This document shows positions 1 through 9,367 of a stretch of 64,000 bases of DNA, piece after piece. The stretch's first letter is position 1. Every line of letters starts with the position of its first letter. The notes below the pieces were generated by a model, which saw only the letters and a list, made by a program, of their open reading frames with translations, did no database searches and was not told the origin of the DNA. The DNA is from Candidatus Babeliales bacterium (GTDB lineage: Bacteria; Babelota; Babeliae; Babelales; JBFXEV01). The DNA is taken from contig JBFXEV010000001.1 in the NCBI GenBank assembly GCA_050179755.1, positions 35,186 to 99,185 on the forward strand, in the 5' to 3' direction. A program made the position numbers and the translations under genes.

Positions 1-286
1 TACCGGAATTTCTTATATATTTTCGCACCTTATGAAAAAACAAGGCATGGGGCAAGGTGATATAGATTTACTTTGTTTTATTGGCGCATTTCTAGGAGTT
101 GGTGGTTGGTGGATTAGTTTACTGATCGCATCGTGCGTGGGGTCTGTTATTGGCATTCCTTATTTACTAATTACAAAACAAGACAAACAAACACGAATTC
201 CATTTGGTCCATTCTTGGCACTGGGCGCAATGATCTACACCTTGTGGGGTGATATATTATTTGCGTTGCTTTTCCCTACTTTTTAA
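1..286 (+). CDS. pilD: Prepilin peptidase (A24/PilD), C-terminal part, truncated at window start
   Basis: GMGQGDIDL (catalytic Asp motif GxGD) and IPFGPFLALG motif, hydrophobic helices. Confidence 0.9.
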   Translation, partial: TGISYIFSHLMKKQGMGQGDIDLLCFIGAFLGVGGWWISLLIASCVGSVIGIPYLLITKQDKQTRIPFGPFLALGAMIYTLWGDILFALLFPTF

Positions 287-361
287 AGAAAATCATCAAG
301 CACTCTCTAGCGGATAATAAATCGAGAAATTATATCTTAAAAAAACCAATTATTTTCTCTG

Positions 362-1027
362 CTATTTAAGTTTACTCACCTCTTTTTGGCTCTGCAGCAG
401 GATCACTTTTTCTGCAAGTGATGAATCAAGCATTCTGCGTAAAACATCAGGCCTACATCCCCTTTGTGCAAAATAATCTAAAAAAGTGTATCCAGCATTA
501 TCTTTTGCCTCTGTAGGCACACCAAATTCAATAAGCTTTGTGGTAAAATCTTGTATATAATTGACGCAATGATTGTTAGAATTGCGTGCCATTACATGAA
601 GCGCGGTACGGCCTTGCCTATCGACCGCCTTGGGGTCAACACCCATCTTACGGTATTCATCTAACCATTCAAGGGGCATATCTTCAACATGCTTATTTTT
701 TCGATAGCATGCCATCAAATGGAAAACGGTTCCATATTCATTATTTGATTTCCACGAAAAATCCTCTTTACGCACTCGCAAAAATCTCCGCATCTTGTCT
801 TTAGGTGGCTGATTGCGTTTTGCATTTCTAAGCGCTTGAGCATCAAAAATTGATACACCAAATTCCTGCGCTTCATCGATTGTTGTTTGACGTATAGGCC
901 ACCAATCACCATCATGCCAAATGGTCACAAATTCTTCTTTTTTTTGAGGAACTTGATCCATGGCTTGGAATAGTGATAGTTGGCACAATAAACATATATG
1001 CAACACATACAATAACTTTTTAATCAA
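362..1027 (-). CDS. Secreted ankyrin-repeat protein
   Basis: N-terminal hydrophobic signal; ANK-like motifs GTVFHLMA, GRTALHVMA, DNAGYTFLDY. Confidence 0.75.
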   Translation of the reverse strand: MIKKLLYVLHICLLCQLSLFQAMDQVPQKKEEFVTIWHDGDWWPIRQTTIDEAQEFGVSIFDAQALRNAKRNQPPKDKMRRFLRVRKEDFSWKSNNEYGTVFHLMACYRKNKHVEDMPLEWLDEYRKMGVDPKAVDRQGRTALHVMARNSNNHCVNYIQDFTTKLIEFGVPTEAKDNAGYTFLDYFAQRGCRPDVLRRMLDSSLAEKVILLQSQKEVSKLK

Positions 1028-1156
1028 ATGAACACTCCCATATGATAAATTGACTTAGACATGCTTTCAAATAATGTACTAAGAATCAGCAAAATTACCA
1101 AATCAAAATAATTTCACCTTCTAGACAATATTAACCTTCTAAAAGAAAAATGAAAC

Positions 1157-1195
1157 GTGACCTAAAGGTGAGAAAAATTCTCATCTTTAGGTCAC
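1157..1195 (-). terminator. Intrinsic terminator hairpin downstream of the pilin gene
   Basis: GTGACCTAAAGGTGAGAA-AAA-TTCTCATCTTTAGGTCAC inverted repeat, T-rich tail on minus strand. Confidence 0.7.
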
Positions 1196-1222
1196 AAGCG
1201 AATATTATGGTATAAAAAAGTA

Positions 1223-1711
1223 TTAACTTAGATCATCTTTTAAAATTTTAATATCATGCTGATCATTCACGGTAATCACATCAGCCTCTCCATCACCATC
1301 AATATCACCTGCAGCCGCTGCAACAAAACGCGTAGCATTTGCCGTGGTACCTTGCAAGCTTGATGCTGCCGTTTCTAATTTACCGGTAAAATGATGCGAG
1401 CCTTCTTGGCCTTGCGCAAACCCATACGTATAATAAAAACGCTCATCAGCACCGCCGCCAGTATACCCTTCTGGTGCCCAGCCAATGCCCCCAGCACCTT
1501 TGAGCACAGAAGAATAAGCGCCAGTTTCTGCCCAATGCGATTTTTGTGCAACGTAAAGTGAGCCTAAGTTCATGTATGCTTCTGCACGTTTTGCTTTGGC
1601 AAGAAATTTAAAAAAACTTGGAATAGAAACCATTGATAAGAACGCCACAATGGCAACAACAATCATTAATTCAATTAATGTAAAACCTGAGCATACACTT
1701 TTTTGCTTCAT
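1223..1711 (-). CDS. pilA: Type IV major pilin (PilA-like)
   Basis: Class III signal GFTLIELMIVVAIVAFL; AKRAEA; C-terminal GDIDGDGEAD motif as in deltaproteobacterial-type pilins. Confidence 0.85.
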   Translation of the reverse strand: MKQKSVCSGFTLIELMIVVAIVAFLSMVSIPSFFKFLAKAKRAEAYMNLGSLYVAQKSHWAETGAYSSVLKGAGGIGWAPEGYTGGGADERFYYTYGFAQGQEGSHHFTGKLETAASSLQGTTANATRFVAAAAGDIDGDGEADVITVNDQHDIKILKDDLS

Positions 1712-1765
1712 AACCCATCTCCCCTTGCTATAACCCCTCCATCTGTTAGTAGAGCATAAGAAGCT

Positions 1766-2413
1766 CTACTTGGTCAAGGGTTTTAGAAACGGCGCTCCAT
1801 ATAATGCTTCTAGTTCATTAATTGCATACGCGCCCTCGCGCACTACACGTACCTGAACTTGCGTGCAATCAAGAATAGTAGAGGGGATTACTTGTTTTTT
1901 TTCTGATTCGTCTGTCACAACGCATGCGACTGCTTGAAGAATCTTGGGATCAATATCGCTTACCGTTTCTGGAATTGGTTGACCATGTAAATTAGCACTC
2001 GTTGAAAATAAGCCCGACATATCTTTAAGAATATCTAATAATCCTGCATGTTGTGGCACTCTCAATGCCACAGTGCCATCGGGCCCCTTTACATAAGAAG
2101 GCAATGATTCCCTTGCCTTAAAAATTAAGGTTACTGGCCCTGGCCAGCAAGAATCTATCATGCGCTGAAGCCCTGCACTTAAAGGCAGATCAATAAAGTG
2201 ATTAAGCTTGCTCTTATCTGCCATTACTATTAAATAAGGCTTATTCTCCCTTTGTTTCAGGCTGTCAAGTTTTTTGAACCCTTCCAGGGTTACAGGCGCT
2301 AAAAAACCAAGAACCGTATCGGATGAGGTAATCGCAATGCTGCCATGAGCCAAAGAGTGTGCCAAAGTGGCTCTAGATGCAGGTTTAGACCAGGTAAGAA
2401 ATCTTGGAGACAT
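1766..2413 (-). CDS. tsaC: L-threonylcarbamoyladenylate synthase (TsaC/Sua5/YrdC)
   Basis: SDTVLG, KQRENKP, WPGPVT, VALRVP, STSANLHG, PSTILD, VREGA motifs. Confidence 0.9.
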   Translation of the reverse strand: MSPRFLTWSKPASRATLAHSLAHGSIAITSSDTVLGFLAPVTLEGFKKLDSLKQRENKPYLIVMADKSKLNHFIDLPLSAGLQRMIDSCWPGPVTLIFKARESLPSYVKGPDGTVALRVPQHAGLLDILKDMSGLFSTSANLHGQPIPETVSDIDPKILQAVACVVTDESEKKQVIPSTILDCTQVQVRVVREGAYAINELEALYGAPFLKPLTK

Positions 2414-2465
2414 TTTTAATCTTTTGTAAATAAAGTGATAGAGATTATACGCTATTATTCAATGA

Positions 2466-2493
2466 TTGACATTTTTATAATATAACGTATATT
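2466..2493 (+). promoter_or_regulatory. Sigma70-type promoter upstream of the folC-like/atp genes
   Basis: TTGACA (2466-2471), 16-nt spacer, TATATT (2488-2493). Confidence 0.5.
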
Positions 2494-2611
2494 TAATAGT
2501 AAGTCATCTGGTGCCTATTTGCACTATGATCCAGGGTAAAACAGCAAAGCGCATGTTACCCAGTTATCATAACAAAAGGTACTCAATTGAAGAAAAAGCA
2601 TCAAACTGGAG

Positions 2612-4039
2612 ATGGACATGATCGACACAAATAAGCGTAAAGAATCAACGCGTACCTCTGACCTTGGCTCGCAACGTAGTTATAACGACGTTGTTGAATT
2701 TCTGAATGCCAATTGGTCGGCCGAACGTACCGATAAAAAATTAACTACTATCAAGCAACTTGATAAAGCACTTGGTTATCCCTCAAAAGCTACCAATGCA
2801 ATTCTTGTAGCTGGTACCAATGGTAAAAGTTTAACTATTAACTTTGCCACACAGCTTCTAAAAGAAGAAGGCCTTTCAGTAGGTGCGCTTTATGCACCAC
2901 ACATACTTACCTATAACGAGCGATTTGCAGTAGATGGCCAATCTATTGCCAATAAACAATTTACTGATATTGCAAATGAAGTCATTTCAGCTGCACATAT
3001 TAATAATATTGCTGCAGATACACAAGATATGCTCGTTGCAATTGCTTTGCTTTATTTTAAAGAACAAAAAGTTGATGTTGCCTTCTTAGAAGTAGCAGCT
3101 AACAGTGTATGCGATCCGGTTAATATTTGCGCTCCAAAAGTTCTTGCTATTACGCGTATTACTGATGATCAAATAGATTTACAAGATCTGAGCGTTGCTG
3201 CATGGATTGACCGCTTAACTGAAATGGTGCAACCAGGCACGTGGGTGGCATCTGCTGATCAAAGCAAATTGAACTTACAAGTGGTCCTTAAAAATGTAAG
3301 TGAACGTGGCGGCCAATGGGGCATGCCAATTAGAAAATTAGCACCTTTAGGTTATCCTTTTGAACAATTACATGGCCGTTGTGCAGCACTTGCTGAGCGA
3401 ATTTGCCAATTGTACATCGATAACTATGTAACAAATGATTCAATTATTGTATCGGACAGCCTTCTTGCAAAAGAAAAAGGCCGCCGTGGTCGACCAACGC
3501 TTGAGGCAAAACGCCAAGCGGAATTGAATCCAAAGAAAACTATTGATCAATACTGGCGTGACGTGGTGAGCACGTTGCCAGGTAGATTCCAAATTCTTTC
3601 AAAAGAAAAACCAACTATATTACTTGATAACGCATGCAATATTGATGCGCTCAAAAATTTATTCTTAGGCATTCGCTTGCTCCATTATCAACGCCCACTT
3701 AAAGGTATTACTTTTATTTTGGCTTGCGATAAAGACAGCATGCATACGGAAGAGTTTTTACGTGCGTTACGTTACTTTGCAAAAAAGAATACTACAAATG
3801 TGGTCTTTTGCCCTCTTGAAAACCAAATTGCTGGTGTACACGAAAATTCATGGGACGTTGAGCAAATAACTAATGATGTAAAAACATTAAAAATCAAGGC
3901 TCGTTCTGCAAAATCATTTGATGATGCATTTGAAATGGCAAAGAAATCTGTAGATGAACGGCAAGGACTGGTGGTTATTACCGGCTCTAAATCAATCATT
4001 GCACAATTCTGGCATCACAAAGGCATCAAGAAGTTCTAA
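2612..4039 (+). CDS. Divergent FolC/Mur-ligase-family protein (folylpolyglutamate synthase-like)
   Basis: P-loop VAGTNGKS, PHILTYNERF, LPGRFQ, LLDNACN, VVITGS; several canonical FolC motifs are degenerate. Confidence 0.75.
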   Translation: MDMIDTNKRKESTRTSDLGSQRSYNDVVEFLNANWSAERTDKKLTTIKQLDKALGYPSKATNAILVAGTNGKSLTINFATQLLKEEGLSVGALYAPHILTYNERFAVDGQSIANKQFTDIANEVISAAHINNIAADTQDMLVAIALLYFKEQKVDVAFLEVAANSVCDPVNICAPKVLAITRITDDQIDLQDLSVAAWIDRLTEMVQPGTWVASADQSKLNLQVVLKNVSERGGQWGMPIRKLAPLGYPFEQLHGRCAALAERICQLYIDNYVTNDSIIVSDSLLAKEKGRRGRPTLEAKRQAELNPKKTIDQYWRDVVSTLPGRFQILSKEKPTILLDNACNIDALKNLFLGIRLLHYQRPLKGITFILACDKDSMHTEEFLRALRYFAKKNTTNVVFCPLENQIAGVHENSWDVEQITNDVKTLKIKARSAKSFDDAFEMAKKSVDERQGLVVITGSKSIIAQFWHHKGIKKF

Positions 4040-4043
4040 TTGC

Positions 4044-4358
4044 ATGATACTTGGCCCTACGCTACTATCCATGTTGATTGGTATAGTAACAGGAATATTT
4101 TATTACGGCCTTTCTTTTGTAGGAATACAAAGGAACGGCCGTTTCTATTCTCACCAAAAAACTAGGCCAACAACATTCCCCTTTTCTTACCTTTATATGT
4201 CTACCATTCGCATACTCATAATATCTTGTCTATTCTATCTAATATTGCGCTTACCACACATTAACCCTATACTAGTAGTAATAATGTTTATGTGTGCGTT
4301 CTGGTCATTATTATTAGGTAGGGATCTTAATCTATGGAATCGTTTGACCACCTTTTAG
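4044..4358 (+). CDS. Small membrane protein, probable ATP synthase protein I
   Basis: Hydrophobic ~104 aa protein overlapping the start of atpB; IR in a TM helix; ATG at 4044. Confidence 0.55.
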   Translation: MILGPTLLSMLIGIVTGIFYYGLSFVGIQRNGRFYSHQKTRPTTFPFSYLYMSTIRILIISCLFYLILRLPHINPILVVIMFMCAFWSLLLGRDLNLWNRLTTF

Positions 4359-5065
4359 ATCCTAAAACAATCAATCTTCTTGCCCCATTTGGCATAGACA
4401 ACAAATTATTCTATGTTAATGAGGAAATAATTCTTAATACGTGGCTGGTTCTTTTCATTATACTACTACTGGTGCTTGTTTTACGGTATTATACACGAAA
4501 AAAAAGGAGCATTGGCAGGTCTATTGCTATTTCTATAGTATCGGCATTTATTGATTTAACTACAGAAACTCTTGGCGCATTCCATTATAATCATACCGTC
4601 TTTATAGGCAGCATATTTATTTTTATTCTCATATGTAACTGTATTGTGGTAATTCCTGGCGCAGATGAGCCAACGCGTGATTTAAATACTACAATCGCCC
4701 TTGGAGCAATTTCCTTTTTATATAAAGAATATTTTTCTATTAAAGCACACGGCTTTTTGGGATATCTAAAAGAATTTACACATCCATTTGCTGTAATGTT
4801 TCCACTGAATGTAATTGGTCATCTTTCTAAAGTTGTTTCACTCTCATTTCGGCTTTTTGGAAACATCTTTGGTGGTGCAATTATTTCCACCATCTATAAA
4901 GGATTTATAACATCATCGATTATCTATCAACTTGCTGGCTTATTCAGTGGTCTCAATTTAATAGTACTATTATTTTTTGGTATATTTGAAGGACTTATTC
5001 AAGCCTTTGTTTTTGCAATGCTCTCACTTACCTATCTATCAATAGCGCTTCAAGGGGAAGAATAA
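4334..5065 (+). CDS. atpB: F0 ATP synthase subunit a
   Basis: PTRDLNTT, SLSFRLFGNI (essential Arg), GLIQAFVFAML. Confidence 0.95.
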   Translation: MESFDHLLDPKTINLLAPFGIDNKLFYVNEEIILNTWLVLFIILLLVLVLRYYTRKKRSIGRSIAISIVSAFIDLTTETLGAFHYNHTVFIGSIFIFILICNCIVVIPGADEPTRDLNTTIALGAISFLYKEYFSIKAHGFLGYLKEFTHPFAVMFPLNVIGHLSKVVSLSFRLFGNIFGGAIISTIYKGFITSSIIYQLAGLFSGLNLIVLLFFGIFEGLIQAFVFAMLSLTYLSIALQGEE

Positions 5066-5069
5066 AAAC

Positions 5070-6020
5070 ATGGAACAATATGCATACTTTCTCCATTTTA
5101 TAAGCATTGGACTAGTAGTAGCATTAACATCTATTGGTGTGGGCATTGGAGCGGGATTTACCGGGCAAGCTACCGTGCGCAATTTATATCGCCAGCCTGG
5201 TGCCGCAACTGATCTTTATAAAGCTTCATTTATCAGCTTAGCTCTTGTGGAAACCTCCGGTATTTTTAGTATTGTTATGGCATTTATTCTTCTTTTTAAT
5301 AAAGAAGTGCCCAATTTTTTTGGCAGTATTGGCACGCTTGGTATTGCTTTTGGACTTGGGATTGCAGGATTTGTAACGGGCATTTATTCATCATTGCCTG
5401 CGCAAGCAGCCTTTAAAGCGATTGCTCGTCAGCCCTTTTTTGCTCCTCGCATTATTAACTTGATGGTCATCGCCCAATCACTCATTCAAACACCAGTAAT
5501 TTTTGGGCTCATTGTCTCATTACTTATTAGCGCATCTATCAGCTCCGCTCAAATGCTTGCAGAAGGCACTCAACTACTTGCTGCTGGCCTGTGTATTGGC
5601 CTTGGCAGCATTGGTCCAACTATTGGCCTTGGCAGATTTACGTATGAAGCTTGTTATACTGCAGGAATCAATCGCTCAGCATATGGCAAGATTGTACCGT
5701 TTACTCTTATAAGTGGTGCCATTATTGAAACGCCGCTTATTTTTACACTTATTGTTGCCTTACTAGTTACCCAAACAACATTTGAAAATTCATTTGTAGA
5801 GATAGTAATTCCGTTTATGGCAGCTTTGTGTATGGGATTAGGAGCACTCGGCGCTGGCCTTGCCTCATCACGCACAGCAACTGCTGCATGTATTGGCATT
5901 GGCAAAGATCCACATGCAACTTCTTTAATCTCTAAAGCAAGTTTGGTAGCACAAGCGCTTATTGACGCGATTGCTATATATGCTTTGCTTATTGCCTTGT
6001 TAATGATATTCTTAAGATAA
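5070..6020 (+). CDS. atpE: F0 ATP synthase subunit c, four fused hairpin units
   Basis: Four Gly-rich hairpins; loops RQP, RQP, INR, KDP; ion-site positions ALVET, SLIQT, AIIET, ALIDA; follows atpB. Confidence 0.9.
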   Translation: MEQYAYFLHFISIGLVVALTSIGVGIGAGFTGQATVRNLYRQPGAATDLYKASFISLALVETSGIFSIVMAFILLFNKEVPNFFGSIGTLGIAFGLGIAGFVTGIYSSLPAQAAFKAIARQPFFAPRIINLMVIAQSLIQTPVIFGLIVSLLISASISSAQMLAEGTQLLAAGLCIGLGSIGPTIGLGRFTYEACYTAGINRSAYGKIVPFTLISGAIIETPLIFTLIVALLVTQTTFENSFVEIVIPFMAALCMGLGALGAGLASSRTATAACIGIGKDPHATSLISKASLVAQALIDAIAIYALLIALLMIFLR

Positions 6021-6030
6021 AAAATAGATA

Positions 6031-6112
6031 ACCCTACTTGGCTAAAGCTACCAAGGGTTCTACTTGCCTTTCATCGGCAACTTAAGCAACGAGGTTTTTA
6101 GGCGAAGTAGAA
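6031..6112 (+). repeat. Palindromic REP-like hairpins / terminator after atpE
   Basis: ACCCTACTTGG-CTAAAGCTA-CCAAGGGT then TTCTACTTGCCT...AGGCGAAGTAGAA; similar to copies at 44987, 52518, 57092. Confidence 0.5.
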
Positions 6113-6134
6113 AAAATGAATGAGAGAGCAAGCA

Positions 6135-7271
6135 ATGAAAAAACAACCCCATATCATCTACATTATCACCAAACTTGAACTTGGTGGTGCTCAAAAAATT
6201 TGTCTTGCATTATTTAATAACGCAGACCCATCTTGCACTTCCTTAATTTCTGGAACTAAAGGGCCGCTTACTGAACTTGTTAAAGACAAACAAAATGTAT
6301 ATTTATTACCACAGTTAACGCGTGAGATTTCTTTTTTTGGCGTATTCAATGAACTCAGTGCGCTCTGGGCGATTACTCAAAAATTACGACAATTAAAGCG
6401 AATGCATGGCAATGTAATCGTACACACGCATAGCACCAAAGCTGGCTTACTTGGCAGATGGGCAGCTTTCTTTGCGGGCATACAAACACGCATACATACC
6501 GTACATGGTTATTATGCGTTTCATGAAAATCAAAATATTATTATTTGGACTATTACCTATCTATGTGAACTAATCACTAGTTTTGTAACAACTCATTATG
6601 TTTGTACTACCTCACACGATGTAGAAGAAGGAATTCGATTATTACCACATTTTAGTTCTCGCCATTCAATAATTCGCCCTGCTGTAAGTGTAGAGCAATT
6701 TATCCCAGCTCATCAAGCTGCATCTTTTCCTCAAGAAAAAGAATTATTTGTTTTTGGTTGTGTGGCATGCTTTAAACCACAAAAAAATATTTTTGATCTA
6801 CTACAAGCATTTCGCTTAGTACATATCCATAATCCAAAAACTCGTTTGGAACTTATTGGTGACGGCGCATTGCGACCTGCCATTGAAGATTGGATTCAAG
6901 CTCATCAATTAACAGAAGTAATCACCTTGCATGGCTGGCAAGATAACGTGGCGGCTATCATGAGCTCGTGGCATGCTTTTGTATTAAGTTCATTGTGGGA
7001 AGGAATCTGTATGGCAATAGTAGAAGCGCGTCTGCTTAAATTACCAATACTATCCTATAATACTGGTGGCATTAAAGACGTTGTAATACATGGTAAAAAT
7101 GGTTTTTTATATCCTCAAAAACAATGGCAACAACTTTCACATGGCATGCTTGCACTAAGCACAAATGCTTTATTACATACCAAATTACAATCTCATGCTG
7201 ATAACCTTAATGAATTTTATATTGAAGATATGATTGATCGACATCGAAAACTATATCAATTAATAAAATAA
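6135..7271 (+). CDS. Glycosyltransferase family 4 (GT-B)
   Basis: LGGAQ, HTHSTKAG, HTVHG, PQKN, SSLWEGICMAIVEA. Confidence 0.9.
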   Translation: MKKQPHIIYIITKLELGGAQKICLALFNNADPSCTSLISGTKGPLTELVKDKQNVYLLPQLTREISFFGVFNELSALWAITQKLRQLKRMHGNVIVHTHSTKAGLLGRWAAFFAGIQTRIHTVHGYYAFHENQNIIIWTITYLCELITSFVTTHYVCTTSHDVEEGIRLLPHFSSRHSIIRPAVSVEQFIPAHQAASFPQEKELFVFGCVACFKPQKNIFDLLQAFRLVHIHNPKTRLELIGDGALRPAIEDWIQAHQLTEVITLHGWQDNVAAIMSSWHAFVLSSLWEGICMAIVEARLLKLPILSYNTGGIKDVVIHGKNGFLYPQKQWQQLSHGMLALSTNALLHTKLQSHADNLNEFYIEDMIDRHRKLYQLIK

Positions 7272-7359
7272 GCTTATAAAAATAAGTGACAAATCACTGA
7301 TTTTTTTGCTATCTTAATACTGATATCAATTTTTTGATAATAATCATTACGAGGCGACA

Positions 7360-8334
7360 ATGCAAAACACTACCATTCAAGAAATCAACAAGAAAACACC
7401 CAGTACTCATCACGAACCAATACACTATAAAACTCTTCTTGAATCCATTGGGAATACGCCATTGGTAAAATTGAATGTTGACGTACCATGCACCGTTCTT
7501 GCAAAACTCGAATTCTTGAATCCCGGTGGTAGTTTAAAACCACGATGCGCACTCTACATGATAGAACAAGCTGAAAAAAATGGTTCTCTTCTACCAGGTG
7601 GCACTATTGTTGAAGCATCATCAGGTAATCAAGGTATTGCGGCAGCCATGATAGGAGCTTTAAAGGGTTATAACGTAATTATTACCGTGTCTCAAAAAAT
7701 TAGTGCTGAAAAATTAGCCACCATTAAAGCTTTTGGCGCACAAGTGCTTATGTTTCCACCAGCACCAACGCTTGAACACCCTGATAGCTATCAAAGTAAA
7801 GCATGGGAAATTCATAGAAACACGCCAAACTCCATTATGCTTAATCAATATTATAATCCGGTAAATGCAGATGGCCATTACTGGTCACTTGGGCCCGAAC
7901 TGTGGCATGGCACACATGGTCAGATTACACATTATTTTGGTGCAGCAGGATCAGGTGGTCACGTAAGTGGCGTAGGCAGGTATTTAAAAGAACAAAATCC
8001 ACTTGTAAAAGTTATTGCATTAGATGCTGCAAATTCATGGTATTCAACAAAAGGCAATCCAAAACCATATAAGATTGAAGGCCTTGGCATTGACGCTGAT
8101 TCTCCGGTACTTGATAAAAAAACGATTGATCAAATTATTCCGGTAACTGATGAAAATGGGCTTGCCATGACTAAACGTCTTGCACGAGAATTTGGTATTC
8201 TTGTAGGGCCTAGTTCTGGCGCTGTTGCTCACGGCGCATTTGAATACGCAAAAAATCTCTTACCACATGACGTTCTTGTTATGGTTTTTGGTGATGCTGG
8301 CCAAGCGTATTTGAGCAAGGGTTTTTACGATTAA
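7360..8334 (+). CDS. PLP-dependent cysteine synthase / cystathionine beta-synthase family protein
   Basis: IGNTPLV, KLEFLNPGGSLK (PLP Lys), EASSGNQG, KIEGLG, VGPSSGA. Confidence 0.85.
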   Translation: MQNTTIQEINKKTPSTHHEPIHYKTLLESIGNTPLVKLNVDVPCTVLAKLEFLNPGGSLKPRCALYMIEQAEKNGSLLPGGTIVEASSGNQGIAAAMIGALKGYNVIITVSQKISAEKLATIKAFGAQVLMFPPAPTLEHPDSYQSKAWEIHRNTPNSIMLNQYYNPVNADGHYWSLGPELWHGTHGQITHYFGAAGSGGHVSGVGRYLKEQNPLVKVIALDAANSWYSTKGNPKPYKIEGLGIDADSPVLDKKTIDQIIPVTDENGLAMTKRLAREFGILVGPSSGAVAHGAFEYAKNLLPHDVLVMVFGDAGQAYLSKGFYD

Positions 8335-8335
8335 T

Positions 8336-9367
8336 ATGCACGCCCGGTTAAGCTCACTACTCTACATTATGTTCTGTGGAATGCTCTGCCCAATATATTC
8401 TTGCAAGCCTATGGAGCATAGCGTAAATCAACCACAAACAAATGCGAGCAGTTCAAGTATACAAAAATCTCTTACGTATATTAAAAGTGAGGCAGTTAAA
8501 GCAGCATTTCTCGCGGGTGCACCGATCAGACATGAGGATGGCACAGAGACGACTCCTTTAATGCGCGCTGCTTCTCTTAATGATCCTGCTTTAACTGAAT
8601 GGCTCCTTGCACACCCTATTGCAATTGACTGTAGCGACAGTCATTTTGCATCACCTCTGCACGCTCTTTTTGGTATTAGGCGATTTGAAATGGGTGATAA
8701 TAATACACTTTTAGAAAAAATAATAGCTTTATATCGCGCTCGTTTTCCCTTTTCACAAGAAATACTAATAGTCGAACTCCTTGCAGGCAAGATGCCTCTG
8801 CTCGTCGCTGCTAAGACTGATAATGAAAAATTGGCAAGAACATGCCTTGCATATGGTCTTTCTCCGAATGCCAAAGACACAAAAAGCAGAACGGCACTCA
8901 TGTTTGCAATACAAAATAATGCATATGGCGTTATAAATGCACTATTGGAATTTGGAGTAGACACACAAGCAATAGATGATGCCGCACGCACTCCTCTGGA
9001 TTATGCAAGAAATGGATTCCCTGCTGACTTACAAAAAACTATCACACAATCTCTCGGATTTAGCTCGAATAAAATACCATTACAGTATAGGGAATCAACA
9101 GCAGATGATGAAGCGTTAGCAAATAACTTTCTCATAGAGTGTACCCAAATTCTTGCAAAAGAGTCTGCACCGCCGGAATTTGTACAAACATCAAAAAAAA
9201 TTCAACCACAAAGAAAATCTGGATCAAGGAAAAAGGTACATCTAGAATATACTGAAAGCGATAATATTTCTTGGGAGGAGCCACTTCCTGAAGTTATATC
9301 AATAACAGGTTTTAATAGACCAAATCTATTATCTCCTACAAAAAAAACCAAAGTTAAAAAACGCTAA
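8336..9367 (+). CDS. Secreted ankyrin-repeat protein with basic C-terminus
   Basis: Signal-like N-terminus; TPLMRAA, RTALMFA, RTPLDYA ankyrin motifs; ends KKTKVKKR. Confidence 0.75.
   Translation: MHARLSSLLYIMFCGMLCPIYSCKPMEHSVNQPQTNASSSSIQKSLTYIKSEAVKAAFLAGAPIRHEDGTETTPLMRAASLNDPALTEWLLAHPIAIDCSDSHFASPLHALFGIRRFEMGDNNTLLEKIIALYRARFPFSQEILIVELLAGKMPLLVAAKTDNEKLARTCLAYGLSPNAKDTKSRTALMFAIQNNAYGVINALLEFGVDTQAIDDAARTPLDYARNGFPADLQKTITQSLGFSSNKIPLQYRESTADDEALANNFLIECTQILAKESAPPEFVQTSKKIQPQRKSGSRKKVHLEYTESDNISWEEPLPEVISITGFNRPNLLSPTKKTKVKKR

Noticed and set aside
2500-2575. Possible folate/THF riboswitch upstream of the folC-like gene
   Set aside because: Small hairpins are present but I could not match any riboswitch consensus
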